Assembly: GCF_009914755.1 (NCBI RefSeq)
Contig: NC_060941.1
Length of the DNA stretch: 64,000 nt
Origin: the human T2T-CHM13v2.0 reference genome, Homo sapiens
Direction: 5' to 3' (one strand)
The translations under genes were made by a program, and so were the position numbers. Each line of letters begins with the position of its first letter. Within the stretch, counting starts at the first letter, position 1. Shown here in pieces: positions 16,001 through 29,735 of the stretch. The notes beneath the pieces were generated by a model that saw only the letters and a list, made by a program, of their open reading frames with translations, had not been told where the DNA came from and made no database searches.

Positions 16001-16867
16001 TATATATAAATGCAAATTTTTTTATATCACTATACAATGACCTTTGCAGTAAAGTGATGAAAGTGTAAGTCATATTAAGCTCAACTGTTTAACAAGAATT
16101 GTTCTCAATTTCAAAAATAGATTTCACTGATGGTGATAATATCGTAGTTTTTTTTTTTTTAGTTAAAGCATTAAAATGGTATATTTAAATTAAATATTTA
16201 CATAAATCATTTATAAATTTAAATATAATATAGATTACTAAATATATGTAATAATAAGAAAATATTTTGTGAAATAAGATTTAAAACAATGAACTTATAA
16301 TATGTGAAGGGCCTGGGGAATGGGAACCCTAGAGGACATATTCACCTATCCACTGACAGCCATAGGCCTCTAATCCAGTGCATTCATTGACTGAGGAATT
16401 CATTCTGTCTTTCACATATTACAGAGGCTACAGCACTGTTGTAGGTGCTGGAGATTCACAAAGTAATATGTCTTCAATCCCTGGTCCCAAGTAGTTCTGG
16501 TGGGAGAAATGAACGCATATATGAATATTTACAATATGTTGAGGAAACTTTAATTATAGAAGTAGGCCTAATGGAAGAAACCTTACCAAGTATAGAAGAA
16601 AGGTTACCTAGGGAGGCCTTTCAGAGGGGATGGGCTGATTGAAATTTGACTCGTTGGTAAGATTATAAAGCCAAATAATGCTGACAGGGAGGCATTAGAG
16701 AACAATTTTTTTAAAAAGAAAGAAAAAACAAGGGAAATAAATAAAGGCATAAAAATAAGAAATACCTTGCTGAGCATGAAAAATCTCAGTCAACGATGAA
16801 GCAGGAGAGGAAGGCAGGGACCACATATTTGATGTCCTTAGTGATTCTATGAACTATTAGTTGGTGT

Positions 16868-17030
16868 TATTAAACTTTTAGTGTGCCTGATTTATAAATT
16901 AAACTTAATCATAGGTATCTATGTATAGGAAAAACATAGTATATGTATAGTGTTCAGTATTACACGTGGTTTTCAAAAATCCACTGGGGTTCTTGGAATG
17001 TATCCCTCATGACTAAGGGAGAACTACTGT
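16868..17030 (+). mobile_element. MER2 (Tigger) DNA transposon, 3' part
   Basis: TATAAATTAAACTTAATCATAGGTAT...CCACTGGGGTTCTTGGAATGTATCCC...GAACTACTG matches the MER2 terminus. Confidence 0.8.
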
Positions 17031-17204
17031 GCTTTTACAGACTAAGATATAAACTAAATATCTTTTCAAGGAATATTTTAGGTAGATCTCACTGGTAGCT
17101 GTGAGAAAGAAGATATTGAGGCAAATGGAAGAGGAGGCAAGGTATAGTGAGTATGCTAGTATAGTAATTGAGGTATAAGAAATGATTATTAGAAAACAAT
17201 GGGA

Positions 17205-17376
17205 GAGTAGGAAACATTGCATCAGATACACATAAAAAGAGATCCATGGGAAAATATTCCACTACTCAGGCCCAAGTAACAGCAGCTCTACACCAATATA
17301 TCTGAATTAGGGACAGGCATCTTTTCTAAGCCTCCTATGTAATTATGATACTTAATAAAGGTTGAGAAGCACTGGA
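17205..17376. mobile_element. MER5-like element
   Basis: ACTCAGGCCC...AAGCCTCCTATGTAATTATGAT...AAAGGTTGAGAAGCACTG. Confidence 0.5.
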
Positions 17377-18627
17377 TTAGGTAACTACTTAGGAGAATAA
17401 ATAAACATGACTTGACTAATTGGAGATAAGAGTGAAGGACAAAGAAGACATAAAGGATTGTTTTCTGGGTCCTAGTTGGGGAAAATCTGCTAATTGGTGA
17501 TATTATTAGAATTAATGGAGGCAAAAAAATGAATTTCTTGAAGGGAAAAAATAATGCATCCCAAATGTGCATATTTAGTTTGAGGTACCTGTGGTATATT
17601 TGAATGTTGGTGGTCAGCAAGTAAGTGAATACAAAAATTCAATAATTTGCAATTTGATATAAAATATCAATAGTTTGGAAGAGATATACAATTTGAAGGT
17701 GGAGATTTCAGAGTCATCAGTGCCTTGAGGAGGCTTTAAAACATTAAAATGCAAAGTATTCTTTAGGGAGAGTGTGTGGGATGAGAAGAGTAGAGGATTA
17801 ATAAGAGATAGCTCTATAGTATGAGTGTTTCAGAGATGAATAGAGGAAAACTAGCCAATGAAAGTGTCCGGAAAGAATTCTAAAGAAATTCGGTAAAAAC
17901 TAGAAAAGTGTGGGATGAAAGAAGAAGCAAAAAGATGAGGAAAACCTACACTTCCTCATGAAAGAGCAGAAAGAGTAGATTTTCAAGACAATATCAGATG
18001 CAGCAAAAAGATGTACTAAGGTCAGAGTTGAAAATCCTTTAGGAGTCTTAGAATTTAGAGGGTCATTAGTTACCTCAGCAAAGGCACTTTTTAGTGTGCA
18101 GTTGCTAGGTTGAATTGTGTTGAAGGGTAAAAGACTGATGAGAAGTAGAAAGAGAGATCACCAACTTCTTTGTAAAATCTGACAGAGAAAAATGAATAAT
18201 AGTGTGATGGTGCTATTGCAGTTGGAGATGGAAAATATGAGCATAATTTATATTTGGTAGTCATCATTTAGAAGTATGTTCCCCAAAATTTGTACTAACC
18301 AGTTCAGCTTGTACTCTCTGGTTAGTTGATTTGTTGATTAGTTTAGTTCTTTTCTGATTTATACATTCATTCAGGAGAAATTCACTAATAATATTTCATT
18401 TCTAAGATATTATTCTAGATGGTTTGTGGATGATAAAAATATAGAACAAGATCCTTTCTTTTATGCAAGATAGTGTTGTATAAGAAGATTTAGCATCTAT
18501 AAGAGATTTGTGCAATGTAAAAGGTCGTAAACACCTTAAGGCTAGTATAGGCACAGTGATATGAATGCTCCTTCAATCAATACCAACTTATTGAGCTCTA
18601 TTATAAATGAGGGATTGTTGCTAGGTT

Positions 18628-18930
18628 CTGGCTACTCACAGTGCAGTCCACACATTTGCAGCATTGACCATCCCTGAAATATTTTAAAAAATACAAAATC
18701 TCAGGTCCAACCTCAGCCATTCTAAACTAGAACCAGTATTTTAATATGATCTTTAGGTGATTAATATGCACATTAAATCTTCAGAGGCACAAGCGGGTTT
18801 CAATTTATTCTGAAAGTGGAATATGAGAACATGTAAATCAGAATCTCTTTAGAATACAAATTCTGAGATCCTGCACCCAGGAGGTCTGTTTCAATAGTTT
18901 TACAGTGAGGCTTTGATTCTACATTGAAAC
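18628..18930. mobile_element. Two adjacent MER5-family elements (~18628-18790 and ~18795-18930)
   Basis: GCTACTCACAGTGCAGTCC...TAGGTGATTAATATGCACATTAAA; then ATCAGAATC...ATACAAATTCTGAGATCCTGCACCCAG. Confidence 0.6.
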
Positions 18931-20764
18931 AAAACTATACCCATCTAATTTTTTTTCTGAAACAAAACTATACCCATCTCATTCAGTATGAGAACCATTT
19001 ATTTGGGTGTTGGGGATACAATGATGGATAAAACAGAATTCAAATCTTTTAAAATCTGTCTTACGTACAATTTCCAGTTGGGTACAAATAAATTTCTCTC
19101 CTATATGATGGTTTCTAGGATCAATGTCTTGAAAGACTGTCTATACTCTCAAAATATTTTATTTTTCCCATCATTTTTCCAATAATAGGGAAAAATTAAA
19201 GGATTCTGACACAGTGGGTCAGAACCACATGAAAATCAAATTGAGATTCATTCTCCTTCTCAGAAATTTCAGAGGACTGATAAATAAACCACCTACTGAA
19301 GGCTAAATTATATTTAGTATACATTCAGAAAGACTTTTGTTTAATGGCAGAGGCATTCTTTAAGAATTGGTAATCCCTATGGATATGTTTGTCAACTCTA
19401 TTAATTATATTATTTGATTAACTGAAACACTGCAATCCCTGGTCACTCCAGATAACAGGAAGCTTAAATACTTCCATATGTGCTATATCATTGATAAAAC
19501 TATGATGCTTCTCTGTAAATAATTTGGGAAATATTCTTACCTTTATAAAATTTTTCCAAACAAAATTTATTTTGGAGAGAAAAAGATAATTTTATGTACT
19601 TCACAAATTTGATTTTATAAATAGTAACCAGTTGTTACAGGCCATAGTCATTGAAGGTCTGCCTTATGTTAAAGCCATAATACTTTCAATATCATTAATC
19701 AACTGTAACCCCAGATGAAAAATGGATTTAACATTTTCTCAAATATACTAAAGGAACTAATTAATATCGGGGCTTATGCTACATAGACATGAATGCTTTG
19801 GTTGAGTAGTGATGGATATGTTGGTAAAAAATTGAATCTTGTTCAGATAAAATTTTGCTTGAGAACTCTTGCTTATGAGGTCTCAGTAGATAAATTTTTC
19901 TATTTACTCCACTCAGCCCTATTTATATGTTACTTTGGGCTCCCAAAACAGAGTCCGATTAATGGATGGTTCAACTGGGTGGTTTCCTGGAGGACCAATA
20001 TATTAAAACTATTTAAAATTTTTAAAAAGTTAAATAATGGCATTAGATAAGGCTCATAGGGTTAGTTAACTCAGGTTTTGCACATAATTCCATGCAGAAA
20101 TGGAGAAATGTAAGTGAATCACAGTCTTACTTCAACACCCAGCATTCTCAAATAACATTGCAATCTTTATCCCTTAAAGTACAAAGTAAGCAGATAGTTT
20201 ATTTTAACCAGGCTTAGAATTTTGTTTAGCTGTCCAAAAAAAGAGACAAGATTGCTAAGTTGCTTGTAAGGGAAACATTACAGTGCTGAACAGTGGAAAT
20301 TTGGCAGAGTAAACATGAAAATAAGAACACATAGTAGTTGATTGATAATGAAAATATAGTCAGTACAGTGGATTGGAGGTTTCTTTACTTTTATTCTCAT
20401 GAATTATTGGAGAATACTAAAGGAAGAAGATGATCACAGAGGGACATGTTTGAGAAATCTGATGTCATAATTGAATTCGTAATGACAAGGACAAATGAAA
20501 GTGAGTCAATAAAGTGAATTGAGGTGAAAGGCTTTTGTAGCCACCAAGGTCAAACAGATGAGAGGGATTACACTGAGAGGAGTAGTGGTAAAGAAAGCTA
20601 GTGAGCTGAAGACAGATGCTATCTATAAATGGGGGTGTGAGAGAGTATGGCAGGGTAGCCAGGAGAGTTAGCCAACATTAGTTAATAGTGGGAAACCTTT
20701 AAAAAAATTGTATGAAATTAAATAATTGAACCTTAAAGGTGCTAGAACTTTAAATTATTTGAAC

Positions 20765-21149
20765 GTTGAGAGAGAAATGTGGCTACATGGCCTGAGTCAC
20801 AGAGCATACAGCTACAACTTTTGCTTTTCCCCATAAATGATTAGGAAAGGTCTTGAGGTGTCAGAGATAGAAACTCTCAGATCATTAACCCTCTGGAATG
20901 TTAGAGCAATCTTCCTTGGAATGTAGCAAGCTATAACCAATCAAATCAATATAAAATATATACTGACTTTGTACGGAAAATGGTGCAGCCCTCTTAACGG
21001 CCTATATAAGTGAAACAACTTCCCCACTTCGGAACACTGATCCCATTCATTTGAAGTTTATGTTTCCTGGGGGACAATTTTCAAGCTTTTCATTAAAATA
21101 AACTCTATACTTAATCATATTTCCTGAATCTCATTAGGTAAGTTTGACA
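20765..21149 (+). mobile_element. ERV1-class solo LTR
   Basis: CCAAT 20937, TATATAA 21003, AATAAA 21097, terminal TGACA; LTR-type ending AATAAACTCTATACTTAATCAT. 5' boundary approximate. Confidence 0.65.
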
Positions 21150-21366
21150 AATATTTTCAAGGAGTAAAGTAAGAAGGACATCCAATTAGAATGAGAAACA
21201 CTGAGCAAGCACATGGAATGTGGGAGAACAAACCAACCTACACTTGTGAGTAATGCAGGGGAAGTAGAGTTCTTAAGGCCAGTTTGTTTTAATTTTCAGC
21301 AAGAAGGCAAAGGTACTGTTCATAGAAGTTGTGTGAGAGTTTGTGGTTGTTGTAACACTGATGCCT

Positions 21367-21751
21367 ATTATGGACTGAGCTGTGTCTCCCAAAAATTCTT
21401 ATTGAAGAAGAGTTGAAGTTTTAACCTACCATACCTCAGAGTATTATGGCATCCTGAAATAGGGCCTTTAAAGAGATAATTACAATAAGATTATTAGGGT
21501 AGGAATTGATCTGACTGGTGTTTTTATAAGAAGAGAGGATTAGAACAAGACACACAGAGGAAAGATTATGTGAAGACACAGGAAGATGACCACCATCTCT
21601 AAGCAAAGGGGAGAGGTCTCAGAAGAACCAACCACACTGATGACACCTTGATCTTGGATGTGTGTCTTCCAAAGCTGTCAGAAAATACATTTCTGTTATT
21701 TAAGCCCCTCCAGTTTTTTGTACTTTGTATGTCAGATCTGGCAAATAAACA
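21367..21751 (+). mobile_element. MLT1A/B-type MaLR solo LTR
   Basis: TATGGACTGAGCTGTGTCTCCC...GACACCTTGATCTTGGA...ATACATTTCTGTTATTTAAGCC. Confidence 0.8.
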
Positions 21752-21889
21752 TCATGCCAAAGACTCAGAATAAGTGTTTTGGACAACAGAGAGAAATGGA
21801 AGTGGATGTCAATTTTGGGGCTATATGTGGCACAAGAGACGAGGTGTTAGTATGATGTTTAATAATTAGCCACACTTATTATCATGATC

Positions 21890-22400
21890 AAAATGTACAA
21901 ATATAGAAAGCAAGATTAAATTAGTCTAGATGGGAAATGCACCCATACAGCTTACTATTTCCATTAAAAGGACTTTACTCTTGAACTGTCTTCGGAAATT
22001 TAACTTTACTCTTCCAGGATACTCCTGCTCAGGAAGATCAAAACTGAAAATAACTTTATTATTTATTTCAGACACTTTCTGAAAAATCTATAAACTTGTT
22101 TTAAATTCATCAAATGATGTTTATCTCCCAGTACTCTGAATCTCTTGACTTCTCAAAACCCCCATCTTGCTGTGTCCGCCAATCTTAAACTATTGTATTA
22201 TGATCCTTTCTCAGTTTAATAAAGCCCTGAAATTGAAACACCCACTATAAACTAAACTTCAAAATCTCATACATATCTTGATTTTGCCCTTCCCCCTGAG
22301 ATACTACTAAAACTCCATGCTCTCCCTTACTCTAGTGAGAATAAACTCCTTTCTGTCTTCTCAATATGTGATTTTAGTGATATTTGGGGGATGCCAACAT
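21890..22400 (+). mobile_element. ERV1-class solo LTR (MER67-like)
   Basis: CTCTCCCTTACTCTAGTGAGAATAAACTC...GTGATATTTGGGGGATGCCAACA resembles a MER67 3' end. Confidence 0.5.
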
Positions 22401-22779
22401 TCTATAAGGTTGTAGTTATTCCATATCTTAGGCTGGACGTTCTCTTGGCTGAGAAGGGGATGAATGGATTACTGAAGGGTATCCTTTGAAAACCTCATAG
22501 TGGATGCTTTTGCCAGTTATTCAGATTATTTTAGCAACTGGGGGCACACAACTACTAAAAATCTCAGATCAACTGAATGCTGATTGGAAGAGAGAGTTGA
22601 CTCACAGAAGGTTGCTGACCCCATACATGGCAGGAAACATAATTTAAAAGATTAGAATTCAGAAAATTGGCATAAAATGGGGAAGATGGGTCAAGCCAAG
22701 TGCAGATGGATTGATTTGGATACAAAAAATTGTTGTGTGTGGACAACTATATAAAATGCATTTTGATATTTGCAATATG

Positions 22780-25715
22780 TACATTACAAAGCAAGATACT
22801 TCATACTATAACTAAAAATAATACAATTTCACCAAAATTACGTATCAATTTTGAGACTATAAACACCTAACAAAATACTGTAAGAATAAACAAAGCAACA
22901 CCTAAGAGAATTAAAGTGAGAAATTAATGAATTTTTAGCACATTTTATTTAGTAATTGACAGGAAACACAGACATACACATCTGCAAAACAGACATAAGA
23001 AAGAAGAAATGTTCTACATAAAATACTGGCAAACAACAAATATAAAAAGTAGAAAATTTTCCAAAAAAACTATTTAAAAAGATGAAATGCTTCAACTGCT
23101 GACAGAATCTAGAGAGGGGTTTAGTTTCAAAAACTACAATTACAAGGAGTTAAGAACTGTGACTTTGTGGCTCACTGACCCAACCCTCATGGCAATAATC
23201 TGCAAACATTATGAGAGGAAACCCTGGCAGCTTGTTTGGCTAGAGATACTTGAAGTCAGAAATTCAGAGATTGGAGAAAGCTGGGAATAGATAAGGGAAA
23301 TCTTTCTAGCACGATTATCTCAGGAGTGAGACTCAAATTTTAGGATAAACTGCTCAAACTCCTGGCTGACAGGTAAAAAATAAAATAAAATAAAATAAAA
23401 AATTTTAAAAATACAAGTACAAGGAGAATCCAGAGGCATAGCAGAAAATCAGGTAAAGACCAGAGATAAATCTTCTCATGACAGAAAATAGACTATCCAA
23501 ATAATAATATTAAAGTGCGAAGGAAAACACTATGAATGTAGAATCGTATATGCAGATGTTAAAAGACTTTCCCTAAAAATGCTGAGATGTATTGAGGAAA
23601 AAGGAAGTTGAACCACTACTAATTTATCCATTTTAATTTCATTAACCACTTTTTTTTCATTTCTGGAAATTCCTTGGGTACAGTTTAAATTATTCTATTC
23701 TTTTTTAAGGGTGTGTCTTTCAATTTGCATAATTTCCAATGTTTTATACTTAGCTATACTTATATTATAGTCCTTACTCACATTGGATATATGGAGCCAG
23801 ATACGTGAGCGAAATGCTTTTCTTATCTGAGCATATTCTTCAGCCATGCTCAGTTTAGGCAGCTTGGCATGAGAGAATAGAGCACATAGCTGGCAGAGCA
23901 ACTGGAATTTAAGGAGATATTCACATAAGCAAAGAGCTACAGTGAAGCAAAGCCCCATCTCTGCTCAAATCTTTGGCATAGAGAAGTATCACAGGGAGCC
24001 AAGAGAAAAAAAAACACCATCTAGAAGGCACGGGAACAGAACAAATGTATCGGCAGCTGCCTATCAAGGAAAAGATCACTTGCGGTTTGAATCCAGGTAC
24101 GTTAGCTCTCTACTATTACAAAACCAAGAATTCGTGAAATCAAAAACCAGTATCATGTATTACTTACAGTGTCCACTTATCAACAAAAATATATCAGACA
24201 TGCATATAAACAAAAAAAAATTTTAAAATTTGAACAAAATATAGATAATCATCTGTATGTACTGCAGAGTAACCACCTTAAGCATCAAGTTAACACAATG
24301 AGAAAAAAGTCTATACAACAAATGGTGCTAGATCAACTGCCTGCTCCCTTGTAAAAACTACCCCCAACCCCCACCTCATGCCATATACAAAATTACTTTA
24401 ATTTGGACCATAGACCCAAACCTAAAAGATAAAGCCATAAAGCTTTTAGAAAAAAAAGTGACCTCAGCTTAGGAAAAGATTTCTTAGTACGAAAAAAGAC
24501 TTTATCAGAATTTAAACTTCTGTACATACAAAGACCTCATTAAGTAAATGAAACATAAAGTCACAGGCAGAAAGTATTTAAAATAGATATCTCTGACATA
24601 TAATTTTATCTTATATTCATATATAAGATACTTATATATACCTATTATATATATAAAACCTATTATCTATATATACCTAGTATATATGTAAAACCTATCA
24701 TATATAATACCTATTATACATATATATATACCTGTTATATGTATAATAGGTATTATATAATACCTATTAATAGATATATAATGCCTATTATATATATAAA
24801 ATAGATACCTATTACATGATAGGCATTATATAGTATATCTATTAATATAGAAATAATTTATATATAAATATATAAATTGTCTTTTAATAGAAAAATACAA
24901 TGGCTAGTATTCCAATAAAAAGGATAAAAGATTTGAACAGACTTTTCACAATAGAAGATAGACAAAAGGCAAATAAACTCTTGAAAAGTTGTTCACTGTC
25001 ATTAGTCATCAAAGAAATACAAGTTTAAAGGATGAGATAACACTATACACAGGAGAAATGCTTACAATTTTAAAATGCTGTTGATGCCAAATGCTGGTGA
25101 GGAAAATATAAAGCTATTGCTGTTGGAAGTGTAAAATTGTAAAACAACTTTGCCAAACAGTTTAACAGTTTCTTAATTAGTTAAACGTACACGCACATCT
25201 TGGCATAGAAATTCCACTACCAAGTGTTTACCCAAAAGAAGCTAAAACATATGCCCATAAAAGGACAAGACTATACTTTGCAGCTTTAATCATATAATTC
25301 CACATTGAAAATGGTCAACTCCGCAATGAAAATATGTCCATCAACCAGGAAATGAATAGACTACTGTGGTATAATCAAACAATGGCTACTACATTGCAAT
25401 AATATAGATTTATCAAGTGAAACATGCATAACAAACTGATGAATCTCAAACATATACTGAAAGGAATAAGCCAGGCAGGAAAAATTTGTACTATATGATT
25501 CCATTCATATGAAATTTGAGAAAAGGCAAGATTAAACACTGATGCTTCAAATAAAAATCTCTGTTACCTTTGGGGTGTAAAGGAACTGATGGAAACGGGC
25601 ACATGAGAATTAGCTGGAGTAATGATGATATTTTACGTCTTAGTTGAGATGGTGATTACATAGGTATAGACAATTAGTTCCTTGACTCACGGAACTGAAT
25701 ATAAATTTTATGCCA
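22780..25715 (+). mobile_element. Cluster of old L1 (L1ME/MD-type) fragments, ending in ORF2 3' part and 3' UTR
   Basis: ACCTCATGCCATATACAAAA, AAAGATTTGAACAGACTTTTCAC, TATATGATTCCATTCATATGAAATT; several fragments merged. Confidence 0.6.
24605..24880. repeat. AT-rich minisatellite of TATATAATACCTATT-like units in both orientations
   Basis: Repeated ACCTATTATAT and its reverse complement ATAATAGGT. Confidence 0.85.
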
Positions 25716-27919
25716 GTAAAAATAGTGTTTCTTCATGTGTCTGTAAAACTCTTACCTTTATTTAACATTTTAAAGGCTTAGAGTGTCATAAATCCTATCT
25801 CACTACTTTCTATTGCTTGGATGTATTATACATGGTTAAAGACAATATAGAAGAAAAGAAAGTTTCTTTGGTTTCTTTGGCTTTTCTTATTTTTAAAATA
25901 TTAATTTTCTTTGATGGCTTAAGGCCAATTAGTCTTTTCTTCTTGCTATCTTTTTGCATTTGATAAATTCATTTTTATTTTTTAATTTTTGTGATATATA
26001 AGGGTATGATTCCCAGTAAATTTCCTCCATTATCTTCAAGGTTTTTTCTTATTTAATTTAATAACCTGCTCTAGTACCCAGTGGTTCCCTTCCTGACCCT
26101 TACTATTAATTCATCTTAGAAAAAGTCACTGATACCTACTGATTGCTGAGACTTGAGCCCAGAGTGGTTCTGACTGTAACATGAAGAGGATATTCAGTCT
26201 CAGTTCCCACATTCATGGGTGTCTCAAAATAGTCTTGGAGTCATTTGGCCTGGTAATCTGCGTGTCTGAAATGAGCCTTTGTAGACTTATAATTTTCAGA
26301 TCACTTTCATGTATTATATTTCCACCATATAACTTCACTCTGCACAGTATTTTTTTTATTTTCTATTTGGCCTTACCTGAGGGTCAGAAAGATAAAGTGA
26401 CTTATTTTTTCAAATAGCACAGTGCTAAGACTTCTTCACTTTAGTCAACAAATATTTGTTGAGTGCCCACTCTGTGTTTCACTTTTCCAGCAAATGAGAC
26501 AGAAAAGGAATCTGCCTTCACGTTGCAGTTTTCTCCCGATTATTGCTACTTTAGCCTTGTCCATAAGAATGTGCTTCTGTCTTGAGAACTCCAACACTAT
26601 GGTTGCTTTCTTTTTATCTTTCACAATCCCAAACTAATCTCTTGGTCTATTGTGCTGAGCCTACATGCCTAACTTCTGACGCCCAATTCATCTTGCACAG
26701 GAACCAAAGCAAATTAAACTACCAAAATGCTCAATCTGTCAGCAAAACCATGACTGGCCACCTCCTATTCATCTAATCAAATATTCAAATATTCCACATT
26801 GTTCCCTTTTGACAGGAAAGCTAATCTAAATACTGTGGGTCTCTCTTTTTCATCAAAGTAGTACACCAGTACTCTATCAATCACTACATTATTTTACTTT
26901 TTTTAATAGCTCATACAACTTTTAATTTACATTTGTTTATCAGCCTTTCCTTCCTAGTACATGAGCTACATCAGAGTAAGTCTCTTTTCTGTTTTATTCA
27001 CTGGAATAATGACAAAGACAGAGTGAACAAGATAAATATGTAATAAGTACACTAAAGAGATCGTAGTGCTGTTGCAAACTAATTATTTGATGGAACAAGA
27101 GGCTGTATCTTTCTGAGTCTCAGGTACCTAAAATGCTAAATGAGAATAATCAAAATAACTGTGCATAGAGAGCTTTTAAACAAAAAATATAGAATATGAA
27201 AATGATTTCAAGATTATATAATTTCTAGTATATTTTTATTTTAAGTTACTTTTTTGGTCCCATTTTGAAGAGCATATAAATTGAGGTGCTACCCTGAAGT
27301 TGCTATAAGGCAATCAAAATTAAAATCTGAAAATAGTAATGATGTTTTAATATTCACTTATACTAAATTGGTACAGAATTAAGAAAACATACTGTACTTC
27401 TAAATATGGAAGAATTTAGCTTGTTCAGGCAGTCAGGAAGTGGAACAACTTCAAAAGTTGAAAAACCACAGAAACCAGTTTGTTTTCTCCAAGGTTAACT
27501 TGTCAAGTTCTGAGTGAATGAAGATTTCAGATCTAGCACAGCCTCCCCTGCTTAAACATAAGGCTGTACCCAAGATGCGTGGTATCCAGGGTGAGCGCAG
27601 ACTGGCCTGGATCCTAAAATGATACTCTGTCTTAATTTCCATTGTCTCATTACTCAACTATCAGAAGGTTCTCAGGAGTAAATAACCTAATATATTAATT
27701 GCTATTCAGGTGCAGATGACTAACAATCACTCTTCTCTGGTCTCTCTTTCCTTTTTCCCTGGGATGGGAAAAAAAAGTACCTGTTAAACCAAGTGAACAA
27801 ATTGTACAATAGCAGTTGGTAAGGGGGACTGACATAAAAGAAATTTACAGAATGGAAAACTTACTCTTAGAACTGAACAACTTTAGAGAACATTTAGTCT
27901 ATTAACACTAATTCTATAA

Positions 27920-28125
27920 GCAAACAGCAACTAATGCTATAATTTACTGAGTATTTAATAGTAATTGTCTTCTCAACATCATCTGATCTGTTCAACATGT
28001 ATGCATTATTATGCACATTTCGATGGATAATCACGTTAAAGTCACATAGTCAAAGTCACAAATGCGAAGTTTCATAACTCATAAGCCTGGAGTTGGGATT
28101 GAAGCAGAGGTCTTAGGTTTGCATT
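27920..28125 (-). mobile_element. MIR
   Basis: GCTATAATTTACTGAGTATTT...TATTATGCACATTTCGATGG...AAAGTCACA...GAGTTGGGATTGAAGC. Confidence 0.5.
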
Positions 28126-28949
28126 CTTCCAAAATGGAAACGTATCTGCTTACAGATTCCAAAAACTGTAACATTGATTCTTCTGTATCTGGATAGTAAA
28201 ATATTGGTTTTTAAAATGTCAATATCAATATATGACCAATAAGACTTGGAACAGTTTGTTGAGTAATTTTGAGCTTTTGGCAGTTGCTCCTTTGGGATGC
28301 ATTTTTCGTATCATATTGACTCACATATAAGTCTTCACAATTTTGACCCAAATAAATATTATTTTCAAAAGTGGACTTTCCCTAGAGTAACCCTCCATTG
28401 GTGGAGTTTTCAGTATTCGAAAATCTTTAGGATGAGATTAATGATGTCGGTCACTCTGCATCATAAAGTTCTTATGATTTGTTCAGCAAATGGCAGTTTT
28501 TAATGAGCTCAGTTGCCTCAAAGATAAAAGTGTATTAAGGTATGCAAAATGATAAAGTGTTCATTGTACAGCACTAATCATATTGGCTTAACTGTTAATG
28601 TGGATTTTACTTTTATTAGACTTTAGTGGTAACTGAATATTTAAGTGTTTACTTAGCCTTTCCAAAATCATAGATCTGATGAGAAGATAGTGTCTTTAAA
28701 CCTAGAACTTGGTGAGAGAGTGGAAGTCAGTATAAACTACACTCAAAAGGGAAAATTCCTATTTCTCAAGCCTACATTTCTTGCCAAGCTTTAGCAGGTG
28801 GTGAAGTCAGACAGAGCATGAATAACATACCCTCTATTTATGGCCAGTCTTATAATTGGAAGGTAGCAGCTGCCATCTGGCATAATTTTGGAAGGTGTTG
28901 AAAGGTCACCATGATCAAAATATTGTTAGGTTTCTCTTGTACTTTGGAG

Positions 28950-29160
28950 TCAGGTAATATTTATTGAGCTATAACTATGTGTCAAGTATTCTCCTGGGGG
29001 CTTTCACGTATGTTACCTTAACAAATATCTTACACAAACCCTATTTTAATCTTATTAGATCAACAAACTAAGGCTTGGAGAAACAAAGAAGTTGCTAAAG
29101 GTAGCCTAGACAATGCATAGGCAAACAGAGGTTTAAATACAACTCCTCTAACTCCAAGTT
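28950..29160 (-). mobile_element. MIR
   Basis: ATTTATTGAGCTATAACTATGTGTCAAG...AAACTAAGGCTTGGAGA...CTAACTCCAAG. Confidence 0.65.
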
Positions 29161-29379
29161 TTATATAAGGAATTCTTACTAATGTCCTCAGTATTCACAG
29201 GTCTTCAAGAGACAGATGCATTTTAGCCAGTTCCCTCTACAGCAATACCCAGAAAGTAGTGTCAACCAGTTATTATTTCAGCCCTAAAAAAAAGTCTGGT
29301 AAACCAAGGTACATTATGGTTTATATAAGTTCTATGTATAAAACCTAAAGGGAAATATTGATAAAGTAAAACCTCATCA

Positions 29380-29735
29380 ATGATGGAAGACCAGTTTAAT
29401 GAACAAAGTCCAAACTATTAAATATGTGATGCATTTGAAGAAAATAAGATGCGGTGCATAAAGAAGGCTGTGAGAAGGTCCATGTATGCCTTCAGGCATT
29501 TTGAAGAAGTAAAAGAGGTATATTTTTATGCGTTAAGATGACTGAACAGAGTAATGCATGATTAGAGATGTCTGAAATAGAATGTAGTTTCCTAGGAGGT
29601 GGTAACTGTTTTACAGATGTCCAAGAAAAGGGACAAAAAATGTTTCATAACAATGTGGAAGGATTCTACAAACAATGCATTGGTTGTGTTAACGTAACTT
29701 TAGGTTCTCCCTTCAACCATGAGACTCTATGATAA
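29380..29735 (+). mobile_element. CR1/L3 3' fragment
   Basis: Ends TTAGGTTCTCCCTTCAACCATGAGACTCTATGAT, like the CR1/L3 3' terminus. Confidence 0.5.

Larger units (their letters stand above)
16380..18260 (-). mobile_element. L2 fragments interrupted by MER2 and MER5
   Basis: CACTGTTGTAGGTGCTGGAGAT, TTTAGTTTGAGGTACCTGTGG, GAGTCATCAGTG, GAGGGTCATTAGTTACCTCAGCA resemble antisense L2. Confidence 0.6.
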
